The notes under the pieces: generated by a model | What the model was told of the DNA's origin: nothing | The model's input: the letters and a program-made list of their open reading frames with translations, nothing else | Databases searched by the model: none | Source of the DNA: Spartinivicinus poritis | GTDB taxonomy: Bacteria; Pseudomonadota; Gammaproteobacteria; Pseudomonadales; Zooshikellaceae | NCBI RefSeq assembly: GCF_028858535.1 | Contig: NZ_JAPMOU010000004.1 | Location: 149,473-213,472, forward strand | Direction: 5' to 3' | DNA length: 64,000 bases | Part shown: one piece after another, positions 39,241-51,198 of the stretch | How the letters are laid out: each line of letters begins with the position of its first letter | Position numbering within the stretch: position 1 is the stretch's first letter | Position numbers and translations under genes: made by a program

Positions 39241-41066
39241 TTAACTTCCTCATTCGCAAAACCAAACACTGAAGCACCCTGTTCAGCACCACCGGCAAAC
39301 GCTCGCATTTGACCGAACAGCTCTCGGCCCATGCCTTGGTGAGAGTTGGATAAATCCACCTCAACTGCTGTACGCTGCAGCCATTCTTGATCATCGACTA
39401 ATGCAGTCAACTCTCCGGTTTCTGCATTTAAACGTATAACATCGCCTTCCCGCAGTTTGGCAATTGGTCCACCTTGGGCAGCTTCAGGATACACATGAAT
39501 AGCTGCCGGCACTTTACCAGAAGCACCTGACATTCGGCCATCAGTAACTAATGCGACTTTAAATCCCTTATCTTGCAATACACCCAAATAAGGCGTCAGT
39601 TTATGTAGTTCTGGCATGCCAATCGCCTGTGGCCCTTGAAAGCGCACCACAGCAATAAAGTCTCTTTCCAGTTCTCCGCGTTTAAAGGCTTCAGCTAAAT
39701 CATTTTGATCATGGAAAATTACCACGGGGGCTTCAACTATTTGATTATCCTTAGCGACGGCCGACACTTTGATCACACCACGGCCTATATTGCCATTTAA
39801 TAGTTTTAAACCACCTTCCGGGCTAAATGGATTTGCTGCAGGTCTTAGTACCTCCGCATCATGAGTTTCCTCCACTCCATCTCGCCACACTAACTTATCC
39901 CCATCCAAGAAAGGTTCTTGCGTGTATTGACGAAGCCCTTTGCCAACTACAGTTGTGACATCATCATGAAGCAAGCCACTATCTAACAATTCACGTATTA
40001 AAAAAGCCATCCCCCCAGCTGCCTGAAAATGATTAATATCTGCCTGACCATTGGGATATATCTTGGTTAATAAAGGCACCACCGAAGAGAGTTCTGAAAA
40101 ATCATCCCAGGTTATGTTTACCCCTGCTGCTGCTGCCATCGCAACTAAATGCATGGTGTGGTTAGTTGAGCCACCAGTCGCCAGCAATGCCACCACAGCA
40201 TTGATAATCGTCTTTTCAGATACCACCTGATACATTGGTGTAAAATCACTACCTAATGCAGTAATTCGAGCCGCTTGTCGAGTCGCTTCTTTTGTCAGCT
40301 CATCACGTAGCGGAGTATTAGGATTAATAAAGGATGCTCCTGGCAAGTGTAAGCCCATCACTTCAACTAGCAGCTGGTTACTATTAGCTGTTCCGTAGAA
40401 GGTACAAGTGCCTGGGCCATGGTAAGACTGAGATTCCGCTTCAAGTAATTCTTCTCTACCGACTTTACCTTCAGCAAACAATTGGCGAATTCGAGCTTTT
40501 TCCTTATTTGGCAAACCTGATGGCATTGGGCCTGCTGGTACAAATATCACAGGTAAATGACCAAAGCGTAAGGCACCTATAAATAAGCCAGGCACAATCT
40601 TGTCGCATACCCCCAGGCACAGAGCTGCATCAAACATATTGTGGGAAAGGGCTACTGCAGTAGCCATTGCAATCACATCACGACTGAATAGGCTTAGCTC
40701 CATACCCGGCTGGCCTTGAGTCACCCCATCACACATCGCCGGTACCCCACCAGCAAACTGAGCCACCGAACCAACATCATGGGCAGCTTGTTTAATTAGC
40801 TCAGGAAATACCTCCAAAGGCTGGTGTGCAGACAACATGTCGTTATATGACGAAATAATCCCTATATTGGCCTGATTCATCATCTTAAGTGCCTGCTTGT
40901 CTCCACCAGAACAGGCAGCAAAGCCGTGGGCTAAATTACCACAAGACAATACCCCTCGATGAGGGCCCTTTTGCTCCGCATGCTTCATCGCTTGCAGGTA
41001 GGCTTGCCGAGAGCGACGACTTCTCTCGATAACCCTACGGGTTACGTTATCTACTACTGGGTGCAT
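39237..41066 (-). CDS. edd: phosphogluconate dehydratase (Entner-Doudoroff)
   Basis: 609 aa. ILVD/EDD family motifs: CDGVTQG, the Fe-S Cys ligands and C-terminal GRMSGASG. Adjacent to glk and zwf-pgl-eda. Confidence 0.95.
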   Translation of the reverse strand: MHPVVDNVTRRVIERSRRSRQAYLQAMKHAEQKGPHRGVLSCGNLAHGFAACSGGDKQALKMMNQANIGIISSYNDMLSAHQPLEVFPELIKQAAHDVGSVAQFAGGVPAMCDGVTQGQPGMELSLFSRDVIAMATAVALSHNMFDAALCLGVCDKIVPGLFIGALRFGHLPVIFVPAGPMPSGLPNKEKARIRQLFAEGKVGREELLEAESQSYHGPGTCTFYGTANSNQLLVEVMGLHLPGASFINPNTPLRDELTKEATRQAARITALGSDFTPMYQVVSEKTIINAVVALLATGGSTNHTMHLVAMAAAAGVNITWDDFSELSSVVPLLTKIYPNGQADINHFQAAGGMAFLIRELLDSGLLHDDVTTVVGKGLRQYTQEPFLDGDKLVWRDGVEETHDAEVLRPAANPFSPEGGLKLLNGNIGRGVIKVSAVAKDNQIVEAPVVIFHDQNDLAEAFKRGELERDFIAVVRFQGPQAIGMPELHKLTPYLGVLQDKGFKVALVTDGRMSGASGKVPAAIHVYPEAAQGGPIAKLREGDVIRLNAETGELTALVDDQEWLQRTAVEVDLSNSHQGMGRELFGQMRAFAGGAEQGASVFGFANEEVK

Positions 41067-41327
41067 GGGGCCTCCTCATCTTTTTTCCCGAAGCATAGGA
41101 TATGGGCTTTCGTTCCTAGCAAATATTGTAATATTACATAACTTTTTAAATTTATTTCAGCATTCCAGCTTGTTAACTGGAATTTTTATTTGTAATATTA
41201 CCAAACAAACAGAATAAGAGTCTTCTTTTTATTTTCTCATAAATTTGGCAAGAGTCGCCTGTTATGTGAACGTTTATTTAAAAAGTACATGGTAATGTGG
41301 CTTGTATCAGCTTGTTAGGAGGTTTAA

Positions 41328-42332
41328 ATGACCATTCGTGTTGCCATTAATGGTTATGGTCGTATCGGTCGTAATATCTTGCGTGCTCTGTACGAAAATG
41401 GCTATCGAGACCGAATCCAAGTCGTTGCAATTAATGATTTAGGCGATGCAGAAATCAATGCCCACCTAACCCGTTTTGACAGCGTTCATGGTCGCTTTGC
41501 TGGTGAAGTAAAAACAGCAGGCAACGCTATGCAGGTTAATGGTGATACCATTCGTATCAGCTCAGAGCGTGACCCAGCCAAGTTGGATTGGAGCTCATTA
41601 AATGTTGATGTGGTTTATGAGTGCACAGGCCTGTTTACCAGTAGAGAAAAAGCCGCCGCTCACCTACAAGCAGGTGCCAAAAAAGTCATTATCTCTGCAC
41701 CAGGTAAAGATGTAGATGCCACCATCGTATATGGTGTTAATCACGACATATTACGCCAGTCTCATCAAATTATTTCCAGTGCATCTTGCACTACAAACTG
41801 TTTAGCGCCTGTAGCCAAAGCATTAAATGACAAAATTGGGATTGAGTCAGGCCTGATGACCACTATTCATGCCTATACCAATGACCAAAATTTATCTGAT
41901 GTCTATCACTCAGATATGTACCGTGCACGTTCCGCGACTCAATCTATGATTCCAACCAAAACCGGTGCTGCCGCAGCCGTTGGGTTAGTGTTGCCTGAAC
42001 TTAATGGCAAACTGGATGGACAAGCCGTGCGGGTACCCACCATTAATGTTTCACTTGTCGATTTGAACTTTGTTGCCAGCCGTGCCACCTCTATTGAAGA
42101 GGTTAACAGCATAATGAAAGCAGCAAGCGAAGCTTCAACTATTCTGGATTATAACGATATTAAATTGGTGTCTATCGACTTTAATCACAGCACAGCCTCA
42201 GCCACTTTCGACTCTACCCAAACTCGGGTAAACGGCCAGCTGGTAAAAGTAATGGCTTGGTACGACAACGAGTGGGGCTTCTCTAATCGAATGCTCGATA
42301 ACACCTTAGCTTTAATTAATGCACCTGCATAA
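41328..42332 (+). CDS. gap: glyceraldehyde-3-phosphate dehydrogenase
   Basis: 334 aa. N-terminus [12 protein letters not shown]. Catalytic region [11 protein letters not shown]. Confidence 0.9.
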   Translation: MTIRVAINGYGRIGRNILRALYENGYRDRIQVVAINDLGDAEINAHLTRFDSVHGRFAGEVKTAGNAMQVNGDTIRISSERDPAKLDWSSLNVDVVYECTGLFTSREKAAAHLQAGAKKVIISAPGKDVDATIVYGVNHDILRQSHQIISSASCTTNCLAPVAKALNDKIGIESGLMTTIHAYTNDQNLSDVYHSDMYRARSATQSMIPTKTGAAAAVGLVLPELNGKLDGQAVRVPTINVSLVDLNFVASRATSIEEVNSIMKAASEASTILDYNDIKLVSIDFNHSTASATFDSTQTRVNGQLVKVMAWYDNEWGFSNRMLDNTLALINAPA

Positions 42333-42362
42333 ATTAGACGATAGCCTGTAGAAGATTACCTG

Positions 42363-43811
42363 ATGATTCGCAGAACTAAAATTGTAGCAACCCTTGGTCC
42401 TTCCTCTAGCGAGATTGAAACGTTAGAACAGATGATCGCAGCTGGGGTCAATGTTGTTCGTTTAAACTTCTCCCATGGAGAAGCCCAGGACCACATTGAA
42501 CGCGCCCAGCGGGTTCGTGAGGCGGCTGCCCGTCAACAAGCGTTTGTTGCAATTTTAGGTGATTTGCAAGGGCCAAAAATTCGTATTTCTCGTTTTAAAA
42601 ACAAAAAAATAGAATTAAAAAATGACGATACTTTTATCTTAGATGCCAAGTTAGATAAAGAAGCAGGCACTGAAGAACGAGTTGGTATTGAATACAAAGC
42701 ATTAGTCGCCGACTCAAAACCTGGTGATATTTTATTATTAGACGACGGCCGTATTGAGCTTGAAGTAACAGGTGTTACCGCTCACGAAGTCATCACCAAA
42801 GTCATTATTGGTGGTCCATTATCTAATAACAAAGGTATTAATCGCCAAGGTGGCGGCTTATCAGCAAAAGCTTTAACTGAAAAAGATAAGCAAGATATTA
42901 AAACGGCAGCAAAAATTGGCGTCGATTATGTAGCGGTTTCCTTTCCACGCTCTGCTGAAGATATGGAAGAAGCGCGACAGCTTCTTAAAGAAGCAGGCTC
43001 AAGCGCTGGCTTAATTGCCAAAATTGAAAGAGCTGAAGCAGTAAATGACGATGAAATTTTAGATGGTATTATTAAATCATCTGAAGGGGTAATGGTTGCC
43101 CGTGGTGATTTAGGTGTTGAAATTGGTAATGCCCAATTGGTTGCCGTGCAAAAGCATATTATTGAACGTGCTCGCACCTTAAATAAAATTGCGATTACAG
43201 CGACTCAAATGATGGAGTCAATGATCAGCAACCCTATGCCAACTCGGGCCGAAGTATCTGATGTAGCCAATGCTGTTTTAGATGGCACCGATGCTGTCAT
43301 GCTTTCAGCAGAAACGGCAGCAGGGTTGTATCCAGTACAAACTATAGAAGCAGTACATAATGTGTGTGTTGGCGCTGAAAAACATCCTTTAGCGTTTCGA
43401 TCTAAACACCGTATCGACGAGCCTTTTCAGCGCACAGATGAATCAATAGCATTGGCAGCTATGTATATTGCCAATCATTTGCAAGGTGTTAAAGCAATTA
43501 TTGCAATGACCGAAAGTGGGGCTACTCCATTACTGATGTCCCGCATCCGCTCGCATTTGCCTATTTTTGCTTTTTCACGCCGCAAGGACACCCAAAACCG
43601 GGTTGCTCTCTATCGAGGGGTCATTACCGTACCTTTTGATACGGATGAAATTGACAACGCTCAAGTGAATCAGTGCTCTATTGATAAACTAAAAGCACTG
43701 GATGTTGTTAATGAAGGTGACCTGGTAATTATCACCAAGGGCGATTATGCCAACGCCCAAGGTGGCACCAACACCATGAAAGTGGTTAAGGTGGGTAACA
43801 AAATTCTTTAA
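42363..43811 (+). CDS. pyk: pyruvate kinase
   Basis: 482 aa. N-terminus [15 protein letters not shown] signature region ([11 protein letters not shown]). Confidence 0.9.
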   Translation: MIRRTKIVATLGPSSSEIETLEQMIAAGVNVVRLNFSHGEAQDHIERAQRVREAAARQQAFVAILGDLQGPKIRISRFKNKKIELKNDDTFILDAKLDKEAGTEERVGIEYKALVADSKPGDILLLDDGRIELEVTGVTAHEVITKVIIGGPLSNNKGINRQGGGLSAKALTEKDKQDIKTAAKIGVDYVAVSFPRSAEDMEEARQLLKEAGSSAGLIAKIERAEAVNDDEILDGIIKSSEGVMVARGDLGVEIGNAQLVAVQKHIIERARTLNKIAITATQMMESMISNPMPTRAEVSDVANAVLDGTDAVMLSAETAAGLYPVQTIEAVHNVCVGAEKHPLAFRSKHRIDEPFQRTDESIALAAMYIANHLQGVKAIIAMTESGATPLLMSRIRSHLPIFAFSRRKDTQNRVALYRGVITVPFDTDEIDNAQVNQCSIDKLKALDVVNEGDLVIITKGDYANAQGGTNTMKVVKVGNKIL

Positions 43812-43914
43812 GTTAGTAAAAGTCATAATCACTTTTACTGGTTTAGAGAATCATGGGAAATTTTACTTAAGCTCCCAAGTGCAAGGCTGTTTTCAGTCCT
43901 GTGGACTTTTAATA

Positions 43915-43939
43915 GGGTACTTTTAGTACCCTTTTTTTT
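43915..43939 (+). terminator. rho-independent terminator after pyk
   Basis: GGGTAC-TTTTA-GTACCC followed by TTTTTTTT. Confidence 0.7.
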
Positions 43940-44148
43940 GTCTAATACAAACTAATTCAATAATATTCATACCAACAAAACCATGTTTAGCCATAATTTT
44001 GTTTATTTCCCGAGATTCTTCTAACTTAGCAAGCTCCAAGCTCCTTTTCAAAAGCTTGTTTAACTAATAGGGTCAGTTGTCAACAACTACTGTTTGTTGC
44101 TTTGCATAACGCATTGGAGCAACAAGTATAAGAACCCACAAGCTTTTT

Positions 44149-44919
44149 TTAGTAAACATCATCTACACGCCAACCGTGCTTTTTCATTATTTCTTTTACC
44201 ATTCCCTGCTGTATCAACAAACTAAACCCCTGATTAAAGTCAGCTAATACATTGTCATGCTTAGGAGATTTTTTGGGTATCATTAAAAATAACTTATGAG
44301 ATACTAATGGTTTCTCTAATATCTCCAAGCTAAAATTTCTATTTTTAAACTTTGTGTTAAGCAAGTACTGAGTTACTTTCTCTTCTGCCACAATAAGATC
44401 TAGTCGACCAATTAATAGCAAATTAATGTTTCGTTCAGTATGAACCTCTTCCAGCTTTTGCAAGTAGTGGGCTTTGTTAAATTCATCTGTATAGTGATAA
44501 CCTCTAACAATACCGATTCGATATGGAGATAAGTCTTCCAAAGCTTTATAGCTTATCTGCCCTCCTTGTTTTTGGAAAAAAACCAAATTACTGGTTGATA
44601 TAGGTTTTGAGTAGCTAAACAGCCTTTCTCGCTCTTTTGCATAAAAAGCCCCGACCAATCCATCATATTTGCCCTTCTTGCCTAGCTCAAAAGCTCGATT
44701 CCACGATGTATATAAAATACCTGCAGTTTTGCCTACTTGCTGAAAAGCTTGATAGATAATATCAGCAAAGTAACCTTCATCAGCCAGCTTAGGACCAAAA
44801 TGAGGAGGCCAGGGCTCAGTCGCTAATAAATAATCATGCTCTTTCTCTGCCATAACCATAGAGCAGACAGAAAAGATATAAATCAAAATTATCCTTTTAA
44901 AGATAAGCAGAATAGGCAT
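44149..44919 (-). CDS. periplasmic solute-binding (family 3-like) domain protein, orphan paralog
   Basis: 256 aa with an N-terminal hydrophobic signal. The W.RAFELG..GKYDG segment is shared with the paralogs. Confidence 0.6.
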   Translation of the reverse strand: MPILLIFKRIILIYIFSVCSMVMAEKEHDYLLATEPWPPHFGPKLADEGYFADIIYQAFQQVGKTAGILYTSWNRAFELGKKGKYDGLVGAFYAKERERLFSYSKPISTSNLVFFQKQGGQISYKALEDLSPYRIGIVRGYHYTDEFNKAHYLQKLEEVHTERNINLLLIGRLDLIVAEEKVTQYLLNTKFKNRNFSLEILEKPLVSHKLFLMIPKKSPKHDNVLADFNQGFSLLIQQGMVKEIMKKHGWRVDDVY

Positions 44920-45068
44920 AGTCGACTGTAGGCTTAATTACTATTAACTAAAAAATAGCATAAAGGCTCTAAATCTGTGTTTGAGAGGAATTGGAAGACC
45001 AATTAAGAAGGGATAACCAGCCTGTAAAACAGGCTGGTTATTCACGAAGGCTGATACTTGGAAAGTAA

Positions 45069-46187
45069 TTAGCGATCAATACGCTCGTCGGTCTTAGGAT
45101 CAAAAAACACCGCTTTACTCATATCAAAGCTTAAATCCAATACAGTATCTGGTCGAGCATCACAGTCAGGGGAAACCCTGGCAGAAATTTCCACACCATT
45201 TAGCTCAGACATAACTAACGTATCAGATCCCATTGGCTCTGTTACTTGAACAGGGCATGAGATTGTCCGATTAAGTGGCTTTGAAACCAAATGAGGTAAT
45301 GGCTCAGTAATTTGTTCTGGGCGGATACCTAAAATTACCTGCTTGCCAACCCAGCTTGACAGCCCTTGGCAGCGCTCAGGCACAGGTAATAACTGAGGTT
45401 GGCCACCTTGATAGCTCACTTCAACCTGCAAGCCAGAGTCAGACTCTACAATTTGCGCAGGAATAAAGTTCATTCCTGGTGAGCCCATAAAACCAGCTAC
45501 AAAGCGGTTAGCAGGGTCATCATAAATTTCTTTTGGCGTGCCCAGCTGCTGTAGCTCACCATCTTTCATAACTGCAATACGATCAGCTAAGGTTAACGCT
45601 TCAATCTGATCGTGAGTTACATAAACAATAGTGGTACCTAAACGCTGGTGTAGCTTCTTAATTTCTGTGCGCATTTCTACCCGGAGCTTGGCATCCAGGT
45701 TACTTAGTGGCTCATCAAATAAATAGATTTGTGGCTTTCTGGCTAAGGCACGCCCCATCGCTACCCGCTGCCGCTGGCCACCCGATAAATGGGCTGGCTT
45801 ACGATCAAGCAAATGCTCAATCTGGAGCATTTTCGCTACCCGCTCTACTTCTTGGGCACGCTCTTGTTTAGAAACACCCCGCATTTCCAAACCAAACGCA
45901 ATGTTATCTCGTACCTTCATATTGGGATATAGCGCGTAAGACTGAAACACCATAGCGATATCACGATCTTTTGGTGCACTGTTAGTAACGTCATTGCCAT
46001 CAATTAAAATTCGGCCGTCGGAAATATTATCAAGGCCAGCAATGGAGTTCATCAGGGTAGATTTACCACAACCAGATGGCCCTACTAAAATCAAAAACTC
46101 ACCACGATCAATGGCTATATCAATGCCTTTTAATACTTCATGGTCGCCATAGCGTTTTTTTACATTATCAATAGTTAAAGCAGCCAT
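45069..46187 (-). CDS. gtsD: sugar ABC transporter ATP-binding protein (MalK/UgpC family; GtsD-like)
   Basis: 372 aa. Walker A GPSGCGKST, signature LSGGQRQR, Walker B, and a C-terminal TOBE regulatory domain. Confidence 0.9.
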   Translation of the reverse strand: MAALTIDNVKKRYGDHEVLKGIDIAIDRGEFLILVGPSGCGKSTLMNSIAGLDNISDGRILIDGNDVTNSAPKDRDIAMVFQSYALYPNMKVRDNIAFGLEMRGVSKQERAQEVERVAKMLQIEHLLDRKPAHLSGGQRQRVAMGRALARKPQIYLFDEPLSNLDAKLRVEMRTEIKKLHQRLGTTIVYVTHDQIEALTLADRIAVMKDGELQQLGTPKEIYDDPANRFVAGFMGSPGMNFIPAQIVESDSGLQVEVSYQGGQPQLLPVPERCQGLSSWVGKQVILGIRPEQITEPLPHLVSKPLNRTISCPVQVTEPMGSDTLVMSELNGVEISARVSPDCDARPDTVLDLSFDMSKAVFFDPKTDERIDR

Positions 46188-46201
46188 TATTTATCCCTCC
46201 A

Positions 46202-47086
46202 TTACCCCTTAACAGACCCAGCAGTTAAACCACGCACAAAGTATTTGCCAGCCAGTACATACACTAACAAGGTAGGTAACGCGGCAATGATGGCGGCAGC
46301 CATTTCAACATTATATTCTTTCACGCCTGTGCTGGTATTCACTAGGTTATTCAATGCAACTGTTATTGGCTGTGTATCACCCGCAGCATAAACAACACCA
46401 AACAGGAAGTCATTCCAGATTTGAGTAAACTGCCAAATGACACAAACTACAATAATTGGTGTAGAAACAGGTAATAAAATTCGCCAGAAAATTGTAAAGA
46501 AGCCGGCTCCATCAATTTTGGCAGCACTGACTAGCTCTGAAGGCACCGACACATAGAAGTTACGGAAAAATAAGGTAGTAAATGCCATACCATAAACCAC
46601 ATGAACAAATACTAAGCCTGCTGTAGTGTTGGCTAAACCTAACCAACCTAGCGTTTGCGCCATCGGCAATAGTACTACCTGGAAAGGAATAAAGCAGCCA
46701 AACAGCAACAGACCAAAAAATAAGTCACTGCCTTTAAATTTCCACTTGGTTAATACGTACCCATTGAGTGCTCCCAGAAAAGTGGAAATGAATACTGCAG
46801 GCAAAACAATTTTAATAGAGTTTAAAAAGTAGCCTGAAACACCTTCACACGCTACCCCAGTACAAGCACTGGACCATGCTTTGCCCCAGGCATCAAATAC
46901 AAATTCTTTTGGCCAGGATATTAACGTACCTGTTCGAATATCTGCCATGCTTTTAACCGAGGTCAAAAACATAACTACCAATGGCATCAAATAAAACAAT
47001 ACTAAAAATGCCAATATAGCGTAAATAAATATCCGCCCCAGTTTTGCAGAAGAGGTTTGCGGCCCTAACACAGTACTATCATGCAT
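46202..47086 (-). CDS. gtsC: sugar ABC transporter permease (GtsC/MalG-like)
   Basis: 294 aa, six TM helices. EAA-like loop (AAKIDGAGFFTIFWRILLP). Confidence 0.9.
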   Translation of the reverse strand: MHDSTVLGPQTSSAKLGRIFIYAILAFLVLFYLMPLVVMFLTSVKSMADIRTGTLISWPKEFVFDAWGKAWSSACTGVACEGVSGYFLNSIKIVLPAVFISTFLGALNGYVLTKWKFKGSDLFFGLLLFGCFIPFQVVLLPMAQTLGWLGLANTTAGLVFVHVVYGMAFTTLFFRNFYVSVPSELVSAAKIDGAGFFTIFWRILLPVSTPIIVVCVIWQFTQIWNDFLFGVVYAAGDTQPITVALNNLVNTSTGVKEYNVEMAAAIIAALPTLLVYVLAGKYFVRGLTAGSVKG

Positions 47087-48008
47087 TGCGGGTACCTCTC
47101 AGCTCAGAATATAAATAAGGAATCAATATCGCCAATACACCAGCCAACATCATCATGGCACTGGCAGAACCTAAGCCAATTTGACCTCGGGTAAATGAGA
47201 ATGCATACATAAAGGTTGCAGGTAAGTCGGTTGAGTAGCCAGGTCCACCATTCGTCAATGCTTTAACCAAATCAAAACTCTTGATTGCAATGTGGCAAAG
47301 AATGATAAATGCACTGAAGAATACAGGACGTAAGCTGGGTAAAATAATCCGCCAATAAATTTTAGGTAAGCTGGCCCCATCAATTTGAGCAGCTTTAATT
47401 ATAGAACTATCAATTGAGCGTAACCCTGCTAAAAATAATGCCATGACAAACCCAGAAGACTGCCATACTGCTGCAATTACCAGGGTATAAATAGCCATAT
47501 CAGAGTTTATTAGCCAGTCAAAGGTGAAGTTTTCAAAACCCATGTCTTTCACTAGGCGTTCCAGACCTAAACCAGGGTTTAAAATCCATTTCCAGGCTGT
47601 ACCCGTTACAATAAATGAAAGCGCCATTGGGTAAAGGAATACTGTTCTTATCGCTCCTTCAGCACGAATGCGCTGATCCAGCAAAATAGCCATAAATATG
47701 CCTAGTGCCAGACAAATTAAGATAAATAAACCACCAAATATGAATAAATTATCTACAGCGACGCCCCAGCGTTCATTTTCAAATAATTTTTCGTACTGCA
47801 AAGTACCTGCAAATTTATAATTGGGCAAAAAGCTGGATTTAGTGAAAGAAAGTACACCGGTCCAGATAACATATCCATAGATAAACACTATGGTCATTAA
47901 AATAGTTGGTGAAAGTACCAACTTAGGAATTTGATCCGCAATAAAATCAAGCGGCTTCTTTTTTGTTTTAGCAACAACCACTTGCATCTCTTCTGCATGC
48001 ACACTCAT
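47079..48008 (-). CDS. gtsB: sugar ABC transporter permease (GtsB/MalF-like)
   Basis: 309 aa, TM helices. EAA loop (AAQIDGASLPKIYWRIILP). Overlaps the downstream gene by 8 nt. Confidence 0.9.
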   Translation of the reverse strand: MSVHAEEMQVVVAKTKKKPLDFIADQIPKLVLSPTILMTIVFIYGYVIWTGVLSFTKSSFLPNYKFAGTLQYEKLFENERWGVAVDNLFIFGGLFILICLALGIFMAILLDQRIRAEGAIRTVFLYPMALSFIVTGTAWKWILNPGLGLERLVKDMGFENFTFDWLINSDMAIYTLVIAAVWQSSGFVMALFLAGLRSIDSSIIKAAQIDGASLPKIYWRIILPSLRPVFFSAFIILCHIAIKSFDLVKALTNGGPGYSTDLPATFMYAFSFTRGQIGLGSASAMMMLAGVLAILIPYLYSELRGTRNA

Positions 48009-48157
48009 AGTACAAGCTCTCTTATACTGTAACGCTGTTTATAGAGCCTTAACCTGAAAAATCAGACTAATATTTTTTCAGCAATTTAAAATGGATTATG
48101 GAGTAATCCTAAATGCCAACAGTAGCCGTGTTATCCTCCACTGCTGGCATTGACTTC

Positions 48158-49411
48158 TTATATACTAGCTTTCACAGCCTTAGCTAATTTTTGAGCAGCT
48201 TCTTTAGCAGTTATTTTATCACTGTTAAAGTAGTTAGAGACCACATCAAAAATTGCACCTTGTATATAGGAAGTGGTAGACATGCCATGAGCCATACTTG
48301 GTACTAACCCACCAGACTTACTGGTAGATACAAAGCTATTCATGGAATCTTTGGCACAACTATCAAACTTCTCCATATTCATGCCTAAACGCACAGGAAT
48401 TGATCCTTTGTTTAGGTTGAAGACTTCTTGGAATTCAGGTTCGAGGATGGTTTTTGCCAAGGCAGCCTGCGCCTTTTTGTTTTCTGGATCTTTCACATTA
48501 AACATGGCAAAACTATCAATGTTAAAAGTAAAGCTGTTTTGTGTGCCTGGTGCAGCTACACAGAGGTAATCTTTGCCTGGTTTTTTGCCTGCAGCAGCAA
48601 ACTCACCTTTAGCCCAGTCACCCATTAATTGCATAGCCGCTTCACCTTTAATTACCATAGAAGTGGCAATATTCCAGTCACGACCTGGTGCATCTTTATC
48701 CATATATTGTTTCAAGCTTTTGAATACCTCGAACACTTCAACCATCTTGTCGCTTTGCAAGGTTTTCATGTCATGTTCAACAAAAGCTTTACGGAAAAAT
48801 TCTGGGCCACCAATGCCTAATGCTACTGATTCAAATACAGTTGCATCCTGCCAAGCTTGACCACCATGAGCTAAAGGTACAAAACCCGCTTTTTTGATTT
48901 TTTCAGCTGCGTCTTTAAATTCAGCCCAAGTAGTCGGTACTTTTGCACCGGCTTTTTTGAAGATTTCTGGGTTAACCCATAACCAGTTTACTCTGTGCAC
49001 ATTGACAGGCACAGCTACATACTGGTCATCATACTTCATCACCTTACTAACAATTTCAGGCATTAAAGAAGACCACTTGTTCTCCTCTGCCACTTTATCC
49101 AAATCAGTAAGGAAGCCTAGCTCTCCCCACTCTTGGATATCTAACCCCTTAATTTGTGCTGCAGAGGGAGGATTTCCGGAAACTGCACGAGACTTCAATA
49201 CAGTCATCGCACTTTCACCACCGCCTCCGGCAACAGCGAAGTCTTTCCAGGTATGGCCTTGTTTTTCAAGCAGTTCTTTCAGTACTGCGACAGACTTGGC
49301 CTCACCACCAGAAGTCCACCAATGCAATACCTCTACTTCACCAGCATAGGCACTTAGGCTCATAACACTGGAAGCAGCAATGGCAAGTAATGACTTTTTA
49401 AATTTTTTCAT
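48158..49411 (-). CDS. gtsA: sugar (glucose/mannose-type) ABC transporter substrate-binding protein, copy 1
   Basis: 417 aa. Signal peptide, family-1 SBP. ~65% identical by eye to the upstream paralog. Confidence 0.9.
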   Translation of the reverse strand: MKKFKKSLLAIAASSVMSLSAYAGEVEVLHWWTSGGEAKSVAVLKELLEKQGHTWKDFAVAGGGGESAMTVLKSRAVSGNPPSAAQIKGLDIQEWGELGFLTDLDKVAEENKWSSLMPEIVSKVMKYDDQYVAVPVNVHRVNWLWVNPEIFKKAGAKVPTTWAEFKDAAEKIKKAGFVPLAHGGQAWQDATVFESVALGIGGPEFFRKAFVEHDMKTLQSDKMVEVFEVFKSLKQYMDKDAPGRDWNIATSMVIKGEAAMQLMGDWAKGEFAAAGKKPGKDYLCVAAPGTQNSFTFNIDSFAMFNVKDPENKKAQAALAKTILEPEFQEVFNLNKGSIPVRLGMNMEKFDSCAKDSMNSFVSTSKSGGLVPSMAHGMSTTSYIQGAIFDVVSNYFNSDKITAKEAAQKLAKAVKASI

Positions 49412-49816
49412 AAATCAGACCCTGTAAATAATTATTATCGTCGTCTGTCTCTGACAAATGCCCCTAAAGAGTGCACTCCTGCACTATAGCGACTACCTGG
49501 AGTGTATTAAGAGCGCTAGAGGATGTAACGTAAGATAACGCAAGCTAATGTAACAAAGTCTTACAAGTGTGGCACTTATTCTTTAAGAAGCTGTAGTTCT
49601 GGATATTTTTTATCCAAATCTATTAAGATTTGGTTACAAAAAAGTGGCGGGGTCTCAGGACTGTTAAATTTTAAGTTAAGGTAATTTGCTACAAAAGTCA
49701 CACTTCTATATTGCTACAAACAAAAGTGGGCAAGCTCTTCCTTCACTCTGAAGGTAAGTCTAAACAATAATAATGAATCATTGATGACAAAAACAATAAC
49801 AGGCAACAACTCAAGA

Positions 49817-51067
49817 TTACAAACTGGCTTGAACGGCCTCTCCAAGTTGCCGAGCCGCTTCTTTTGGTGAAATTTTGTCATTACGGAAGAATTTAGTGAC
49901 AACATCAAATATGGCATTTTGCGTATAAGTTGTAACAGCCATGCCATGAGAAAGGCTAGGTATAATCTTGGAGTCTTTACTAATAAGCACCTCTTTACTC
50001 TCTTTAGCACACGCATCAAAGTTGCCTATTGCCATATCTTGACGAACAGGAATAGAGCCCTTATTCATATTGAATGTTTGCTGAAACTCTTTATTCAAAA
50101 TATTTTTTACTAAATCAGCCTGCGCTTTTTTATTCTCAGGGTCTGAAATTTCAAACATAATGAAGCTATCAACCACATAAGGGAAATACATTGATGTAGA
50201 TGGAATTGAGACACATAAAAAGTCTTTACCTAATTGTTTTTTTTCAGTAATAAACTCACCTTTTGCCCAATCCCCCATAATTTGCATAGCTGCTTTACCA
50301 TTAATAACCATACTGGTCGCAGCATTCCAATCTCGATCTAAAATATTTGGATCCATATACTGCTTAAGCTTTCTAAAAGCCGCAAAAACACTCACCATCT
50401 TATCACTGGTTAAACTTGCATTGTCTAGCTCCACAAATGCCTTGATATAAAAATCAGCGCCATTCATCGCTAACATTAACAGTTCAAACACTGTTGAGTT
50501 TTGCCATGGCTGATCACCATGAGCAATGGGTGTTATCCCCGCTTTTTTGAACTTTTCAAGCGCTACCCAAAATTCAACTAAATTAGTGGGAACCTTGGCT
50601 CCTGTCTGCTTAAAAAGTTTTGGATTAATCCATAGCCAATTTACACGATGGATATTAACAGGTACTGCGACATAATGGCCGCCATAGCTGACAAGTTTTC
50701 GAACAAAGTCTGGCAATATTGCTTCCCATTTCTGCTCGTTAGCAATTTTGTCTAAGTTTGTGAGTAGTCCAAGTTTTCCCCACTCCTGAATATGGTGCCC
50801 TAAAATTTGTGTCGCTGTAGGAGGGAAACCCGACAGGGCTCTAGACTTTAATACCGCCATTGCTTTATCACCACTGCCACCCACTACAGCAAAATCTTTC
50901 CAGCTATGGCCCTGCTTAACCAGTTTTTGTTTGAGCACATCCAGCGAGCGGGCTTCTCCACCAGAGGTCCACCAGTGCAGTACTTCAACTTCTCCAGCAA
51001 CTGAGATTTGGCTAAGCATCATAACCAAAGCAATAAACACAGGGGAAAATCTCTGCTTAAAGTTCAT
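49817..51067 (-). CDS. sugar ABC transporter substrate-binding protein, copy 2 (tandem paralog)
   Basis: 416 aa. Signal peptide. Shares [15 protein letters not shown]...VAVPVN.HRVNWLW with copy 1. Confidence 0.9.
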   Translation of the reverse strand: MNFKQRFSPVFIALVMMLSQISVAGEVEVLHWWTSGGEARSLDVLKQKLVKQGHSWKDFAVVGGSGDKAMAVLKSRALSGFPPTATQILGHHIQEWGKLGLLTNLDKIANEQKWEAILPDFVRKLVSYGGHYVAVPVNIHRVNWLWINPKLFKQTGAKVPTNLVEFWVALEKFKKAGITPIAHGDQPWQNSTVFELLMLAMNGADFYIKAFVELDNASLTSDKMVSVFAAFRKLKQYMDPNILDRDWNAATSMVINGKAAMQIMGDWAKGEFITEKKQLGKDFLCVSIPSTSMYFPYVVDSFIMFEISDPENKKAQADLVKNILNKEFQQTFNMNKGSIPVRQDMAIGNFDACAKESKEVLISKDSKIIPSLSHGMAVTTYTQNAIFDVVTKFFRNDKISPKEAARQLGEAVQASL

Positions 51068-51198
51068 ATCTTAGCCTTATTATGATTCACTTCAGCTATA
51101 TTCATGACTTGCTGCAACGTCATTCCCTTTCTACACTATTTGGACTAACAGTGGCTTCCATGCACTTATAACTTAATATAGATGTTAGAAACTCGTTT